Positions 39,894 through 49,227 of a stretch of DNA of 64,000 nucleotides are shown piece by piece (position 1 is the first letter of the stretch; each line of letters begins with the position of its first letter). The DNA is from an uncultured Thermoplasmata archaeon (GTDB lineage Archaea > Thermoplasmatota > Thermoplasmata > Lutacidiplasmatales > UBA184), in assembly GCA_963838955.1 (NCBI GenBank), contig CAWISZ010000004.1, positions 401,979 to 465,978 of the forward strand, written 5' to 3'. Made by a program: the position numbers and the translations under genes. Below the pieces are notes generated by a model, which was given only the letters and a program-made list of their open reading frames with translations, did no database searches and was not told the DNA's origin.

Positions 39894-40844
39894 TCAGTCC
39901 TGCTCGGGCGAGACAGGGATGCACTGCGGGGCGTACCACCCAGCCCCCGAGAAGAGAGGCACGAATCCCATCGAGCGGTATAGATGCTGCGCGCGCGCGT
40001 TCCCATCGGTCACATTAAGTCGCAGGGGCGGAGCGGACCGGGTTCTCAGCGAGGCCAGAGTGGTCGCGATGAGCGCGGCGGCGATCCCTTGGCCCCGTTG
40101 GGCCGGGTCCACCATGACGTCGGCGAGGAGCGGATGGCCCTCCATCATCACGAGCACGGTGGCTCCCACGATCCGCCCCTCTCGCACCGCGACGAGCGAG
40201 TCCTCCGGGAGGAACGGGCCCCATTCGCCGCCGAGGAGCTTTTCCATCCCGCGCTCCGAGTCCCGCCCCGGATCCGGATCCTCCATGAACAAGTACCGGT
40301 CGAAGCGGCCAGCGTACGCAATGCGGTGCAAGGCTGCGAGTTCCGCGACATCCTCTAGGCGGATCGGCCGGCTCGCCGTTCCCTCCTTCAGCGCAGCGGA
40401 GGGAAGGGGTGATCCCTGCGGGAACTCCATCTCGGTCCGAGAGAATCGGCGGAACCCGAGCGGCTCCATCATCTCGACTTGTTGCGCCGGTTCGAGTCCG
40501 AGGAGATCTCCCGTAGAGAACGCGATGGGACCGTCCTTCGGAGATTCGGCGATCAGCCTTCGGAGGAACTCGCGGTACGCGGCCGGAGACCGCTCACCGG
40601 GACGGAGGTACAGAACGCCGACCCGGCGCGCGGGCAGCGGCATCCGGCTCCACGTCGCTACCCCGGCGAGCTCGGTCCCCTCGATCGCGAGCACGCCCAC
40701 GCTTTCACCGGTGTCGAGCGTTTGACGCAATCGGGCGATCCACTCCTCCGCAGGGAACCGTCCGCCGGCGATCTCCTGCAGGGCCCGGCGGCATAGCTGC
40801 CAGCCTTCGTCCGGCCGCTGGGAGAGCGGGATCGTCTCGAGCAT
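39894..40844 (-). CDS. GNAT family N-acetyltransferase (two GNAT-like halves)
   Basis: Acetyl-CoA binding motif QRGQGIAAALI. 316 aa. Confidence 0.65.
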   Translation of the reverse strand: MLETIPLSQRPDEGWQLCRRALQEIAGGRFPAEEWIARLRQTLDTGESVGVLAIEGTELAGVATWSRMPLPARRVGVLYLRPGERSPAAYREFLRRLIAESPKDGPIAFSTGDLLGLEPAQQVEMMEPLGFRRFSRTEMEFPQGSPLPSAALKEGTASRPIRLEDVAELAALHRIAYAGRFDRYLFMEDPDPGRDSERGMEKLLGGEWGPFLPEDSLVAVREGRIVGATVLVMMEGHPLLADVMVDPAQRGQGIAAALIATTLASLRTRSAPPLRLNVTDGNARAQHLYRSMGFVPLFSGAGWYAPQCIPVSPEQD

Positions 40845-40914
40845 CCCGGCGGCCCAGCCTCCGCCCCCGATTAAACCACTCTCGGGCCGAGCCCGAGCTT
40901 GGCGAAGCCCCTAA

Positions 40915-41391
40915 GTGCGCGCTCGAGCTTCGTTCGGGCAGATGACTCCGCCGGTCAAGGCCCGCAGCGGGCACATCCTCCTCGATCCCAAACGCAGCTA
41001 CCAGGACCTCGTCCGGGTCTTCCCCGATATCTACAAGAAGGTCGTCGAGGCGAACCGCCCGTTCGCGAAGGAGGGCGAGACGATCCTGCCGGACGTCCTC
41101 TTGGAGGAGAACCTGCGGGACCTGCGCGCCGACCGCAAACCCGTCGGGTACAACCGGATCGATGCGTTCGGACTGAGGCTGATCTTCCCGATGGCGGACG
41201 ACCGTCGGGTCGAGTTCTACTTCACCAAGGCGCTGCGGGGGCAGGATATCGTCCACGTCACCGAGCAGGTGTCGGCGATGCTCCGCCGCCGGGGCATCAA
41301 GCACACGGTCGAATACGACCGATTGCCCCTCGGGCCCCCGCGGGGCCCACCGGGGATCATACTGGCCGGCGCCCAGCTCAGTTCGGGCTGA
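40915..41391 (+). CDS. Conserved hypothetical protein
   Basis: 158-aa ORF divergent from aIF5A. No family assigned. Confidence 0.4.
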   Translation: MRARASFGQMTPPVKARSGHILLDPKRSYQDLVRVFPDIYKKVVEANRPFAKEGETILPDVLLEENLRDLRADRKPVGYNRIDAFGLRLIFPMADDRRVEFYFTKALRGQDIVHVTEQVSAMLRRRGIKHTVEYDRLPLGPPRGPPGIILAGAQLSSG

Positions 41392-41398
41392 ACCCGCC

Positions 41399-41785
41399 TT
41401 ACGAACGCGTGATCTTCCGGCGGCCGAGCGCCTCGAGGTACTGGATCTCAGACCCGGGTTGGAGCTGGCCCTTCGTCTCCGCATCGAGGGCCATCGAGAA
41501 CGTCGCGTAGGTCTCCATGTCCATCAGCTGGACCTCCGTGTCCGTCAGGGACAGCACTTGGGCCTGGTGCTTGCCGATCATCGGGATCTGGACCTTGTGC
41601 TTGACGGGGTGAACCACGCTGCGCTTCGCTCCATCGAAGATGCCCACCGCGTCGATCCGAGATTTCGCTTCCCCATGCTTTCCCGGTTTGGAGGTCTGGA
41701 TGCTGAGGATCCGGCATGGCTCATCGTCGATGATCATGTACCGGCCTTCCTTGAGCTCGCGAACCTCCGCCTGCGTCCACGCCAT
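41399..41785 (-). CDS. Translation initiation factor 5A (aIF-5A)
   Basis: Hypusine-site motif [10 protein letters not shown]. 128 aa. Confidence 0.9.
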   Translation of the reverse strand: MAWTQAEVRELKEGRYMIIDDEPCRILSIQTSKPGKHGEAKSRIDAVGIFDGAKRSVVHPVKHKVQIPMIGKHQAQVLSLTDTEVQLMDMETYATFSMALDAETKGQLQPGSEIQYLEALGRRKITRS

Positions 41786-41986
41786 GGATGCGTCCCCCGG
41801 GGGCGGAGCAGGACGAGGGCGGGATAAATCTTGCCCCGGCGCTGGTCGTCCGCCTGCGGAAGGGAGGGAGGCCGAACGCGGCGCGGCGTCCCGGTCGAGC
41901 CCACCGATCCCGCGCGCATCCGAGTCCGTCGCCTCCGAGATTCTAGGTAAGTTTATCAGGTCTCGTTTTCTTACTTAGAACGAGAG

Positions 41987-42415
41987 ATGACGGCGCGCGA
42001 TATGGCCCATTGCTACCGATGCGGATACGTCTGGGTACCGCGTCGATCCCGCATCCGGATCTGCGCTCGGTGCAAATCCCCGTACTACTGGTTCCCCAAG
42101 ATTCGGATCCCGACGCTCGGCTCGGGCCTAGGGGTCGACGAGATTATCGGGGAGCACCGGAGCGAGGTGCTCCGACTCGCCCGGATCTACGGAGCCCAGA
42201 ACGTCCGGGTCTTCGGTTCCGCTGCCCGGAAGGAGGCGACGCCCACCAGCGATGTCGACATTCTGGTCGATCCGATCCGGCCGGATCGCTACCGTCCGAT
42301 CGATCTCGCGCTGGCCCTGCGCAAGACGCTCGGACGGCCGGTAGATCTGGTTACCGAACGATCGCTCCACTGGCTCGTTCAACCGAGAGTGGTCGCGGAG
42401 GCCGTTCCTCTGTGA
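41987..42415 (+). CDS. Minimal nucleotidyltransferase (MNT) antitoxin with N-terminal zinc-ribbon
   Basis: CYRCGY...CARCKSPYY is a four-Cys ribbon. NTase motif VFGSAARKEATPTSDVDILVD. Confidence 0.65.
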   Translation: MTARDMAHCYRCGYVWVPRRSRIRICARCKSPYYWFPKIRIPTLGSGLGVDEIIGEHRSEVLRLARIYGAQNVRVFGSAARKEATPTSDVDILVDPIRPDRYRPIDLALALRKTLGRPVDLVTERSLHWLVQPRVVAEAVPL

Positions 42416-42768
42416 CGGATGCGGCGGACCGGAGCGAGGTCTATCTGGCTCGGGCCATCGAGCACCTTCGCAAGGGACTCCGGTACGCCGAACGAGGCCG
42501 ACGGGTCTACTTCGACCCGCGGAATCCGGACACGTACCTGCTCGTGGAGAGCGAATTACGCAAGGCGTTCGAGTCGTTGAACCGCCTCGGGCGGGCCTTC
42601 TGGAAGGCGAATCCCATGATTCCCCGCGACCGAATCGGAGAGATCCGTCAGCTGTTGACTCACGATTACACCGATGTCGATCCGACGCTCCTCTGGGGAA
42701 TCGTTGCCCAAGAAGCTCGTCCTCTCTTGCGTCGGCTCGCCCGTGCGAAGACTCCGAAGTCGGGCTAG
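42412..42768 (+). CDS. HEPN-domain toxin (HepT/DUF86)
   Basis: R-x4-H-x-Y motif RQLLTHDY. GTG start overlaps the MNT stop (GTGA). Confidence 0.65.
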   Translation: MTDAADRSEVYLARAIEHLRKGLRYAERGRRVYFDPRNPDTYLLVESELRKAFESLNRLGRAFWKANPMIPRDRIGEIRQLLTHDYTDVDPTLLWGIVAQEARPLLRRLARAKTPKSG

Positions 42769-42884
42769 CAGAACGAACCGGATGGGCTCGTCGATGTCTC
42801 GAGATCGCGTCCTCCAGCCCGAGGCGGTTGGCAGGGCAACAGCATAACTAGGGGGACCCCCTCGGCTGAGCGGGAGCAGGGACC

Positions 42885-43040
42885 ATGGTCGCGGGAACCT
42901 CGTGGGCGTTGGGGCTGCTGATCGTCGCCGCCATCGTCCTGGTCATTGTCGTGGTCATCAAATTCTTCTGGCTTCTCATTGTGGTGGGCGGGTTGCTCCT
43001 CATTGCCTATCTTTTCTATTCCGGGATACTCAACTTCTAA
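42885..43040 (+). CDS. Small hydrophobic protein (51 aa, two TM segments)
   Basis: ATG..TAA ORF below the track threshold. Sequence MVAGTSWALGLLIVAAIVLVIVVVIKFFWLLIVVGGLLLIAYLFYSGILNF. Confidence 0.3.
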   Translation: MVAGTSWALGLLIVAAIVLVIVVVIKFFWLLIVVGGLLLIAYLFYSGILNF

Positions 43041-43210
43041 CGGCCGGCCGTCGGTCCCTCGGGAGCCCCGCGGCGGCGTCTCCCCGGAGCCGCTCGTGCC
43101 GTGGCGACCGACGGTCCATGCCGGCGAGCCGCGTCCCAGGGTGCGGCCAATCCCCAAGGGAGTTCCCGGGATCGCGGCCCAGCGTGTACTTCGCACCGAG
43201 GCGGTCGCGA

Positions 43211-43375
43211 TCAGGTCGTGACGACGACCCGGCCGCCCGGTCCGAAGGCGTACCAGAGAAGGACTACCGCCAGGATCAGGATGATGAGTGCGAACGGTCC
43301 TAGGATGAAGAGGAGCACAAGCGCGAGGAGGATGAGTAGGAGAGCGCCGACTAGACTGATCCGGTGGACTGCCAT
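43211..43375 (-). CDS. Small hydrophobic protein (54 aa, two TM segments)
   Basis: Internal Met of ORF 43211..43540. Sequence MAVHRISLVGALLLILLALVLLFILGPFALIILILAVVLLWYAFGPGGRVVVTT. Convergent with the other small TM gene. Confidence 0.3.
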   Translation of the reverse strand: MAVHRISLVGALLLILLALVLLFILGPFALIILILAVVLLWYAFGPGGRVVVTT

Positions 43376-43609
43376 GATCGAATCACCGTCAGGTAGGAGA
43401 TAAGTGTCTCCTTGATTGGAGTTTAGCAGCCCCGCTGCGATCGTGAAGGAGCGAACGCGTCCGGCGGCCTCCTCCCGTCGCTCGATGAGGGCCGCGGCGT
43501 GCTCGATGTAGGTGAGACGGACATGCGGCGGGACCCCCACGCTTCCGGCAAGGACGTGAACCCGCGGGCCAGGGTTGTTTTCAGACTGTTAAATAAATCT
43601 TGACGAGAG

Positions 43610-43617
43610 TATAAATA
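43610..43617 (+). promoter_or_regulatory. TATA box (tataaata) about 24 nt upstream of the GTG start of the RHH regulator gene
   Basis: Consensus archaeal TATA element in a 70-bp AT-rich island. Implies a leaderless transcript. Confidence 0.5.
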
Positions 43618-43640
43618 TAGGTTTAACATCGTTAAACGCC

Positions 43641-44036
43641 GTGCGAACTGACCGGCCCCCGACGAAAGCGTCCTGTTTCCTCGGCGTGCGTCTGACCGAG
43701 GAAGAGGAGACGCTCCTCGAGAACTTCCGTCGATCGCGCGAGTTTGCGAACCGTTCCGAAGCGGTCCGCGCCCTCGTGCGCGGATCGTCGGAGCATCGGG
43801 AATTCGCCTTCGAGCTACCTGCCACCCTGCAGGCCGAGGTCGAGGCGCTCGTCGAAGATGGAGTTCTGAAGAGCCTCGAGAGTGCGATCGACACGCTCGT
43901 CACTCTCGGCATCTCAGAACTCGGGCGGACCCACGAGCGCGTCGTCCAACTCCGCGCGCACGCGCGGAACGAGGCGACACGGCGTGAGAGCCGGCGGCGG
44001 GCGGATCGCGAGGGTCGGGGTCTCCTCGGGCGCTAG
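43641..44036 (+). CDS. Ribbon-helix-helix (CopG/NikR-like) transcriptional regulator
   Basis: N-terminal RHH FLGVRLTEEEETLLENFRRSREFANRSEAVRALV. GTG start. Confidence 0.5.
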   Translation: MRTDRPPTKASCFLGVRLTEEEETLLENFRRSREFANRSEAVRALVRGSSEHREFAFELPATLQAEVEALVEDGVLKSLESAIDTLVTLGISELGRTHERVVQLRAHARNEATRRESRRRADREGRGLLGR

Positions 44037-44225
44037 GTCTCGAAAACAGGGTGTTGCAACCATGGAACCGTTGGGAATCGCCTGGAGCGAACGAAGTGGA
44101 TTCATCTGCCGGCTGTGCCGTCAGGACGCCAAGCATAATGAGGTCCTCCGAATCTCATACTGCCTGGTACACGGGCTCAGCTCCCCGCTCGACGAGCTGC
44201 CCTGGCGACCGGAGGCACGAGCGAT

Positions 44226-44777
44226 ACGCGGCTCTACACTCGCACCGGGGATCACGGCGAGACCGGTCTCGTCGGTGGGACGCGCGTAGCGAAGGACTCG
44301 CTCCGAATCGAGGCCTACGGCACCTTCGACGAGCTCGCGGCGTGCCTCGGCGTAGTCGAGACGGCGCTCCCCGACGCGCTGTCGAGCGTCCGGACGCTCC
44401 TTCGACGCCTCGAACACGAGCTCTTCCTCGCGGAGAGCGAGCTCGCCACGCCCTCGGGTAAGACCCCACCCGCGGGCCGCATCGAAGCGCGCCACGTTCG
44501 CCGGCTCGAAGCGGATATCGATCAGCACTCCGAGGCGGTCCAATCGCTTCGCACCTTCGTGCTCCCGACGGGATCGCCGGCGGCGGCCTACCTGCACTGG
44601 GCCCGAGCTCTCGCACGCCGCGGAGAGCGGGAACTTTGGCGGCTGCACCGGATCGAACCCCAGCGTCCGGAGCTGCTCGCGTGGTCGAACCGTCTAGGTG
44701 ATCTCTTCTTCGCCCTCGCTCTCAGCGCGAACCTCGCCCTCGGCATCACCGAGATCGCACCGGATTATACGGCGTAA
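44226..44777 (+). CDS. PduO-type ATP:cob(I)alamin adenosyltransferase; no canonical start codon found upstream of the conserved N-terminus
   Basis: Frame is open from the stop at 44139-44141. Encodes LYTRTGDHGETGL...EAYGTFDELAA...LFFALALSAN. No ATG/GTG/TTG lies between that stop and the YTRTGD motif. Confidence 0.55.
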   Translation, partial: TRLYTRTGDHGETGLVGGTRVAKDSLRIEAYGTFDELAACLGVVETALPDALSSVRTLLRRLEHELFLAESELATPSGKTPPAGRIEARHVRRLEADIDQHSEAVQSLRTFVLPTGSPAAAYLHWARALARRGERELWRLHRIEPQRPELLAWSNRLGDLFFALALSANLALGITEIAPDYTA

Positions 44778-44799
44778 GGGACGAGCGGAGGACCAGCCG

Positions 44800-45996
44800 A
44801 TGGAGGTCGGAGTCGTCGGTCAACCGAACGTCGGCAAGTCGACGTTCTTCAATGCGCTCACGCTGCTCGACGTCCCGATGGCGCCGTTCCCGTTCACGAC
44901 CATCGCACCCAACCGGGGAGTCGCGGCCGTCCGGTCCCCCTGTCCTCATACCGAGAAAGGCGCTCCGTGCACCCCGGGCAACGCGAAGTGCGTGGACGGG
45001 ACCCGATGGATCCCCGTCAACCTGGTCGATGTGCCCGGACTGGTCCCCGGGGCGCACGAGGGTCGCGGTCTCGGCCACCGGTTCCTGGACGATCTTCGCG
45101 CCGCCGATGGGTTCCTGCAAGTGGTCGACCTGTCGGGCTCGACGGATGCAGAGGGGGTGATCGATAACACCGGCCATCACAACCCCGCCGAGGAAGTCGA
45201 GTGGCTCCAGGAGGAGCTAGTTGCCTGGTGCGCCGAGGTCCTCTCGAGGGAGTTCGGGCGGCAGGCGCGCCACATCGAGATGGAAGGCCTCAAGACCGAG
45301 GAGTTCCTCGCGCAACGCCTCGCCGGGCTCTCGATCACGCCCGCGGCGATCTCCGCGGCCCTGCGCGTGGTCCCGATCGACCGCGACCACCCCTCGAAAT
45401 GGACGGCCGCGGACCGCACCGAGCTCGCGCGGGAGCTCCTCCGTGTCGCGAAACCCCGAGAGATCGTGGCGAACAAGTGCGATCGCGCCCAGATCGCTCA
45501 GCGAGATCGCCTTGCCGAGGAGGTCCGTCCCATACCCGTCATCGCGACGACGGCCGATCAGGAACTCACGCTGCGGCGGGCCGCCCGGGCGGGCCTCGTC
45601 CAGTACCGCCCCGGGGACGCCGCGTTCAGCCTCACCGATCCGGACCGTCTCTCCGCGGCCCAGCGCAAGGCGTTGGACGGGATCGCGCAGACGATGAAGC
45701 GTTGGGGATCGACCGGGGTCCAGCTCGCGCTCGAATCGATGATCTTCGAGCGCCTGCACCGGATCGTGGTCTATCCGGTCGAGGACGAAACGCACTGGAC
45801 GGACTCTCGGGGCCGCCTCCTCCCGGACGCGTTCCTGCTTCCCGCGGGCACCACGGCCCGGGCGATGGCCTACCGCGTGCACACCGACCTCGGTGAGAAT
45901 TTCATCCGTGCGATCGATGCGCGAACCCATCGGGCGCTGGCCGCGGAGCATCCGATCGAGCCGAACAGCGTGGTTCGGATCGTGGCCCGAAGGTAG
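44800..45996 (+). CDS. Obg-like ATPase/GTPase (YchF/OLA1 family) with C-terminal TGS domain
   Basis: G1 VGQPNVGKST, G3 DVPGLV, C-terminal TGS. Start at the Met of MEVGVVG. Confidence 0.75.
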   Translation: MEVGVVGQPNVGKSTFFNALTLLDVPMAPFPFTTIAPNRGVAAVRSPCPHTEKGAPCTPGNAKCVDGTRWIPVNLVDVPGLVPGAHEGRGLGHRFLDDLRAADGFLQVVDLSGSTDAEGVIDNTGHHNPAEEVEWLQEELVAWCAEVLSREFGRQARHIEMEGLKTEEFLAQRLAGLSITPAAISAALRVVPIDRDHPSKWTAADRTELARELLRVAKPREIVANKCDRAQIAQRDRLAEEVRPIPVIATTADQELTLRRAARAGLVQYRPGDAAFSLTDPDRLSAAQRKALDGIAQTMKRWGSTGVQLALESMIFERLHRIVVYPVEDETHWTDSRGRLLPDAFLLPAGTTARAMAYRVHTDLGENFIRAIDARTHRALAAEHPIEPNSVVRIVARR

Positions 45997-46011
45997 CGGC
46001 CCCGGGAGGGC

Positions 46012-47007
46012 TCACCCAGGCGTGGGCTGGGAGTCGGTCGATTCGATCAGTTCGGCCCCCATCGGCGCGGGCCGAACCACGAAGGCGAGGCCTCCGGCCC
46101 GGGCCAGGCGGCGCAATAGCTCCACTTCTCGACCGGCCCGGGGGAGGATCACGATCGAGCCGCCCGCACCGGCCCCCGTCAACTTCGAACCGTCGGCGAC
46201 GGGAGCCGCGGCCTCGAGAAGCGCCTCGATCCGAGGATGCGAGACTCCGGCCTGCCGCAGCAACTCCTGGTTCTGGGTCATGAGGGAAGCCACTCCGGCG
46301 CGATCCTCGGCTTCGAGCGCATGGATCCCTTCCGTGGCAACGCGGACGAACTCGGCGAGGAGCTCTTGGCCCCCCGGCTCGTCGAGCCGTCGGTTCACCG
46401 CGCGCACCGCCTCGGCGGTGGAGCGGGGCACGCCGGTGTAGGCCACGACCCACGTCCACCCCGGATCGGGCGCTCGCCGGACCGTCCACGTCTGCCCGTC
46501 CTGGGCCAGGCTCCACAAGGTCGTGCCCGTTCCACCGTTCATGGTCACGTAGCCGCCGGCAACACAGGCAGAGGTGTCCCCGGGACTCCCGACCCCCTGG
46601 GCTCCCCGTTCGACGGCGAAGCTGCGTTGGGCGAGGTCGGCGCGCGAGATGCCTCCCGATGCCGCTCCCATCGCCGCGACCGTGGCCGCCACGAACGCCG
46701 CGGAAGAACCGAGGCCCGCGGCTCTCGGGATCCGGGAGACCGCGCGCAGCGCGACCGGACGCGTCTCCTTCCAGCACTGCTCCACGGCGGCGCGGAAGTA
46801 CGGGTTGTGTTCGAGCCCCGACGCGTCGGCATTCAGGGTGAAGGTGGGTGCGTCGCGGATGAGGACCTGAGTGGTCAGGTCGATCGCCAATAGGAGTTCC
46901 GGGGCGCCGCGCACCACCGCGTGCTCCCCGAAGAGGATGCACTTTCCAGGCGCCCGGCTCGAGAGCGGCAGCGAGCGGGCCGGGATCTCGGAGGAGAATG
47001 CCGTCAT
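46012..47007 (-). CDS. Mevalonate kinase (GHMP kinase)
   Basis: APGKCILFGEHAVVRG and GLGSSAA GHMP motifs. 331 aa from the internal Met. Start overlaps the upstream gene stop. Confidence 0.8.
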   Translation of the reverse strand: MTAFSSEIPARSLPLSSRAPGKCILFGEHAVVRGAPELLLAIDLTTQVLIRDAPTFTLNADASGLEHNPYFRAAVEQCWKETRPVALRAVSRIPRAAGLGSSAAFVAATVAAMGAASGGISRADLAQRSFAVERGAQGVGSPGDTSACVAGGYVTMNGGTGTTLWSLAQDGQTWTVRRAPDPGWTWVVAYTGVPRSTAEAVRAVNRRLDEPGGQELLAEFVRVATEGIHALEAEDRAGVASLMTQNQELLRQAGVSHPRIEALLEAAAPVADGSKLTGAGAGGSIVILPRAGREVELLRRLARAGGLAFVVRPAPMGAELIESTDSQPTPG

Positions 47008-47519
47008 CCTCGGACCCTCCGCGCGGGGAGCACCTGCTTCCCGCGAGCGCTCGGAACGATGCGATGCTTCGCTCCCCGGAAGGTCCAGGGGGCGGGCGCG
47101 CCGAGCACCCGATAGAGCGCGATCGCGAGCGCCGCGACCTCGCTGTGCGGTTGGTGCCCGACCGCCACGTTGTACGAGGCAAGGTGGTAGAGCTGGGGCG
47201 GGACCTTCGCGCCTCCCACGACGATCAGCACTCGGGCATGGCGGCGGATGCGCGGGGCCGCACGATCGATCGGAATCCCGTACATCGTGAGGTGTACGAT
47301 CGCGCCGTCCCACGCTCGCACGAACTCCCGCCAGTGCTCCACGCCTTCGACCGCGAACGGGCCTCCCCATCGATCGGCCACCCCGGCGAGACGGGCCGAG
47401 AGCTCGGGGTCGGGAGGATGAAGGTACATCCGGGTAGCGCCGAACGCACGGGCGGTCAAGGCCACGTGGGTCGTGAGGCGCGGATCGCGACCGGCCCGAT
47501 GGCCGACGCGCAGGACCGA
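47004..47519 (-). CDS. tRNA ribose 2'-O-methyltransferase aTrm56 (SPOUT)
   Basis: VLRVGHRAGRDPRLTTHVALTARAFGA matches the aTrm56 N-terminus. Start is uncertain; the track ORF extends to 47579. Confidence 0.65.
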   Translation of the reverse strand, partial: SVLRVGHRAGRDPRLTTHVALTARAFGATRMYLHPPDPELSARLAGVADRWGGPFAVEGVEHWREFVRAWDGAIVHLTMYGIPIDRAAPRIRRHARVLIVVGGAKVPPQLYHLASYNVAVGHQPHSEVAALAIALYRVLGAPAPWTFRGAKHRIVPSARGKQVLPARRVRG

Positions 47520-47535
47520 AACGTCCGGCCGGGGC

Positions 47536-48060
47536 TCACGCTTCGGGCGCCGGCTGGAACCGCTCGATGCGGTGGCCACGGTACTCCAACTTGATGGATC
47601 GCTTCACGATCGCCTTCAGGCGGATCGGGCTCATGCTCAGCTCCTCCGCGATATCCGAGAAGAAGCGGCCCTGCTCGCCCACGGCCTGGTACAGTCGATC
47701 CTCGATCTTCGCGTACTCCTTCGGGCTCATGGACGCGATCGAGAGGATCTCGCTGATCTCCGCGAGCGGTGTGGTGGTGTTGATGTTCACGGTCGAGTAG
47801 TAGAAGTGGTAGCTCTTGTCCGGCTGACGCCGGCCCTCGCGAGCCACCCAGCGCGTGTCGATCAGCTTCAGCTTCTCGAAGAACACGAGCGCCTGGGAGC
47901 CGTCCGGGCCGAACTCGGAAGCGATGTCCTGGGCCGTCAGCCAGCTCTCGCCGAGCCGCTGCACGAGCTTGAGCTTCAGCGGCGAATCTACGGCGCGCAG
48001 GATCGGGACGAGGTCGGAGATGTCGTTGACGACCTTGATGCGGTGCATCGCTCCGGACAT
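47536..48060 (-). CDS. Winged-helix (ArsR/TrmB-like) protein of unknown function
   Basis: wHTH LKLVQRLGESWLTAQDIASEFG. 174 aa. Confidence 0.45.
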   Translation of the reverse strand: MSGAMHRIKVVNDISDLVPILRAVDSPLKLKLVQRLGESWLTAQDIASEFGPDGSQALVFFEKLKLIDTRWVAREGRRQPDKSYHFYYSTVNINTTTPLAEISEILSIASMSPKEYAKIEDRLYQAVGEQGRFFSDIAEELSMSPIRLKAIVKRSIKLEYRGHRIERFQPAPEA

Positions 48061-48069
48061 GGTGCCTCC

Positions 48070-48252
48070 TTACGCTCCCCGTGCGTCCTTCTCGGTGGCT
48101 ACGGTAAGCATTCGCCGGTATTTCCCCCAGCGGTCCCCCGGGCTGAACCGAGCCGGATGCGGGGTGCGCGTGGGGGCGTGGCATGAAGGACAGGTCTCGT
48201 GAAAGGTGTACCTCTGGCAGCTGCGGCAGACCCACAGGATCGATTCGGTCAT
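48070..48252 (-). CDS. nop10: H/ACA ribonucleoprotein subunit Nop10
   Basis: 60 aa. Zinc ribbon CRSC...CPSC. Overlaps the aIF2-alpha stop by 4 nt. Confidence 0.85.
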   Translation of the reverse strand: MTESILWVCRSCQRYTFHETCPSCHAPTRTPHPARFSPGDRWGKYRRMLTVATEKDARGA

Positions 48253-49025
48253 GCGCGGGTGAACGTCCCCTGGCCACCGGCCTTCGTGATCGATGCGATC
48301 GCGGCTTCGGTCGCCCGCTTCATCGTCTCCTCGGCTTGCTTGTACTGCCCGGCCGAGACTCGGATGCGGTAGCGCGGGGCGCCTACGTACTGGATCGTGA
48401 TCGACTGCGGATCGGTTTTCTCGGCGAGCATCAGCGCGGCCCTCACATGCTCCACGCCGTCCGCGGAGAGGTCCCGGACCTCTAGGGTCCCCGAGATCTC
48501 CACGTGCGGCGGTACGATGTTGTCGCGTGCCACCTTGAGGAAGGCGGCGACCCAGGGGGCTTTCTCGTGGTCCTTCTGGATCTGCTTCGGATCGGCCGAG
48601 GCGACCTCGAAGGCGGCGTAGAGCGAACCGTACCGCTCCACGAGTGAGCTCGCGAAGAGCGCGTGCGTCGCGTCCGGCTCGATCTTGAGGGCGGCGGCGA
48701 CCTGATCGATCAGGCGCATCGCGCGCTGCTCGTTCTTCCATTGCTGGACCTTTTCGCGGCGTTGGTGGTCGTTGATTCGCTTGAGCGAGAGATCGACCTG
48801 GCCCTTCGCGGTATCGACCCGCAGGACCCGGGCGACGATCTTCTGGCCCTCGCGAATGTGGTCCCGGATGTACTTGACCCAGCCGGGCGCGACCTCGGAG
48901 AGATGGATGAACGCCTCCCGCTTCGCGAACTCGTCCAGCGAGACCACCGCTCCGAAGTTCCGGATCTCCTTGACGGTCGCGATGACGATGTCCCCTTCTT
49001 CGGGGAACTCGGGGCGCAGCGGCAT
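48249..49025 (-). CDS. Translation initiation factor 2 alpha subunit (aIF-2 alpha)
   Basis: S1 domain GDIVIATVKEIRNFGAVVSL and full-length aIF2a similarity. Internal Met chosen (258 aa). Confidence 0.9.
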   Translation of the reverse strand: MPLRPEFPEEGDIVIATVKEIRNFGAVVSLDEFAKREAFIHLSEVAPGWVKYIRDHIREGQKIVARVLRVDTAKGQVDLSLKRINDHQRREKVQQWKNEQRAMRLIDQVAAALKIEPDATHALFASSLVERYGSLYAAFEVASADPKQIQKDHEKAPWVAAFLKVARDNIVPPHVEISGTLEVRDLSADGVEHVRAALMLAEKTDPQSITIQYVGAPRYRIRVSAGQYKQAEETMKRATEAAIASITKAGGQGTFTRA

Positions 49026-49036
49026 CGGCCGCAGAC

Positions 49037-49225
49037 CTACGCCTGGCCCGCGGGTCGGATGAGTTCGCCCCGCAGCTGGGCTCGGCCACCGGTCGGCGTA
49101 GCGAGCAGGGCCCCGCAGACGAGACAGTTGACGGTCGTCGCGGGTCGGCTGAAGATCGTCTGCTCCCCCGTGCAGTCCGGGCACTTCACGACCCAGAACG
49201 GTGCCGGTGGGTGATCGACCGGCAT
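49037..49225 (-). CDS. rps27e: 30S ribosomal protein S27e
   Basis: C4 zinc finger VKCPDCTGEQ...CLVCG. 62 aa. Confidence 0.85.
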   Translation of the reverse strand: MPVDHPPAPFWVVKCPDCTGEQTIFSRPATTVNCLVCGALLATPTGGRAQLRGELIRPAGQA

Positions 49226-49227
49226 GT

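Noticed and set aside
45201-47370. ORFs 45217..45951 (-), 45902..47182 (-) and the 121-residue N-terminal extension of ORF 46012..47370
   Set aside because: They overlap the YchF-like GTPase, mevalonate kinase and aTrm56 in other frames. The extension of 46012..47370 is Arg/Gly-rich, and the GHMP kinase begins at the internal Met that overlaps the aTrm56 stop.
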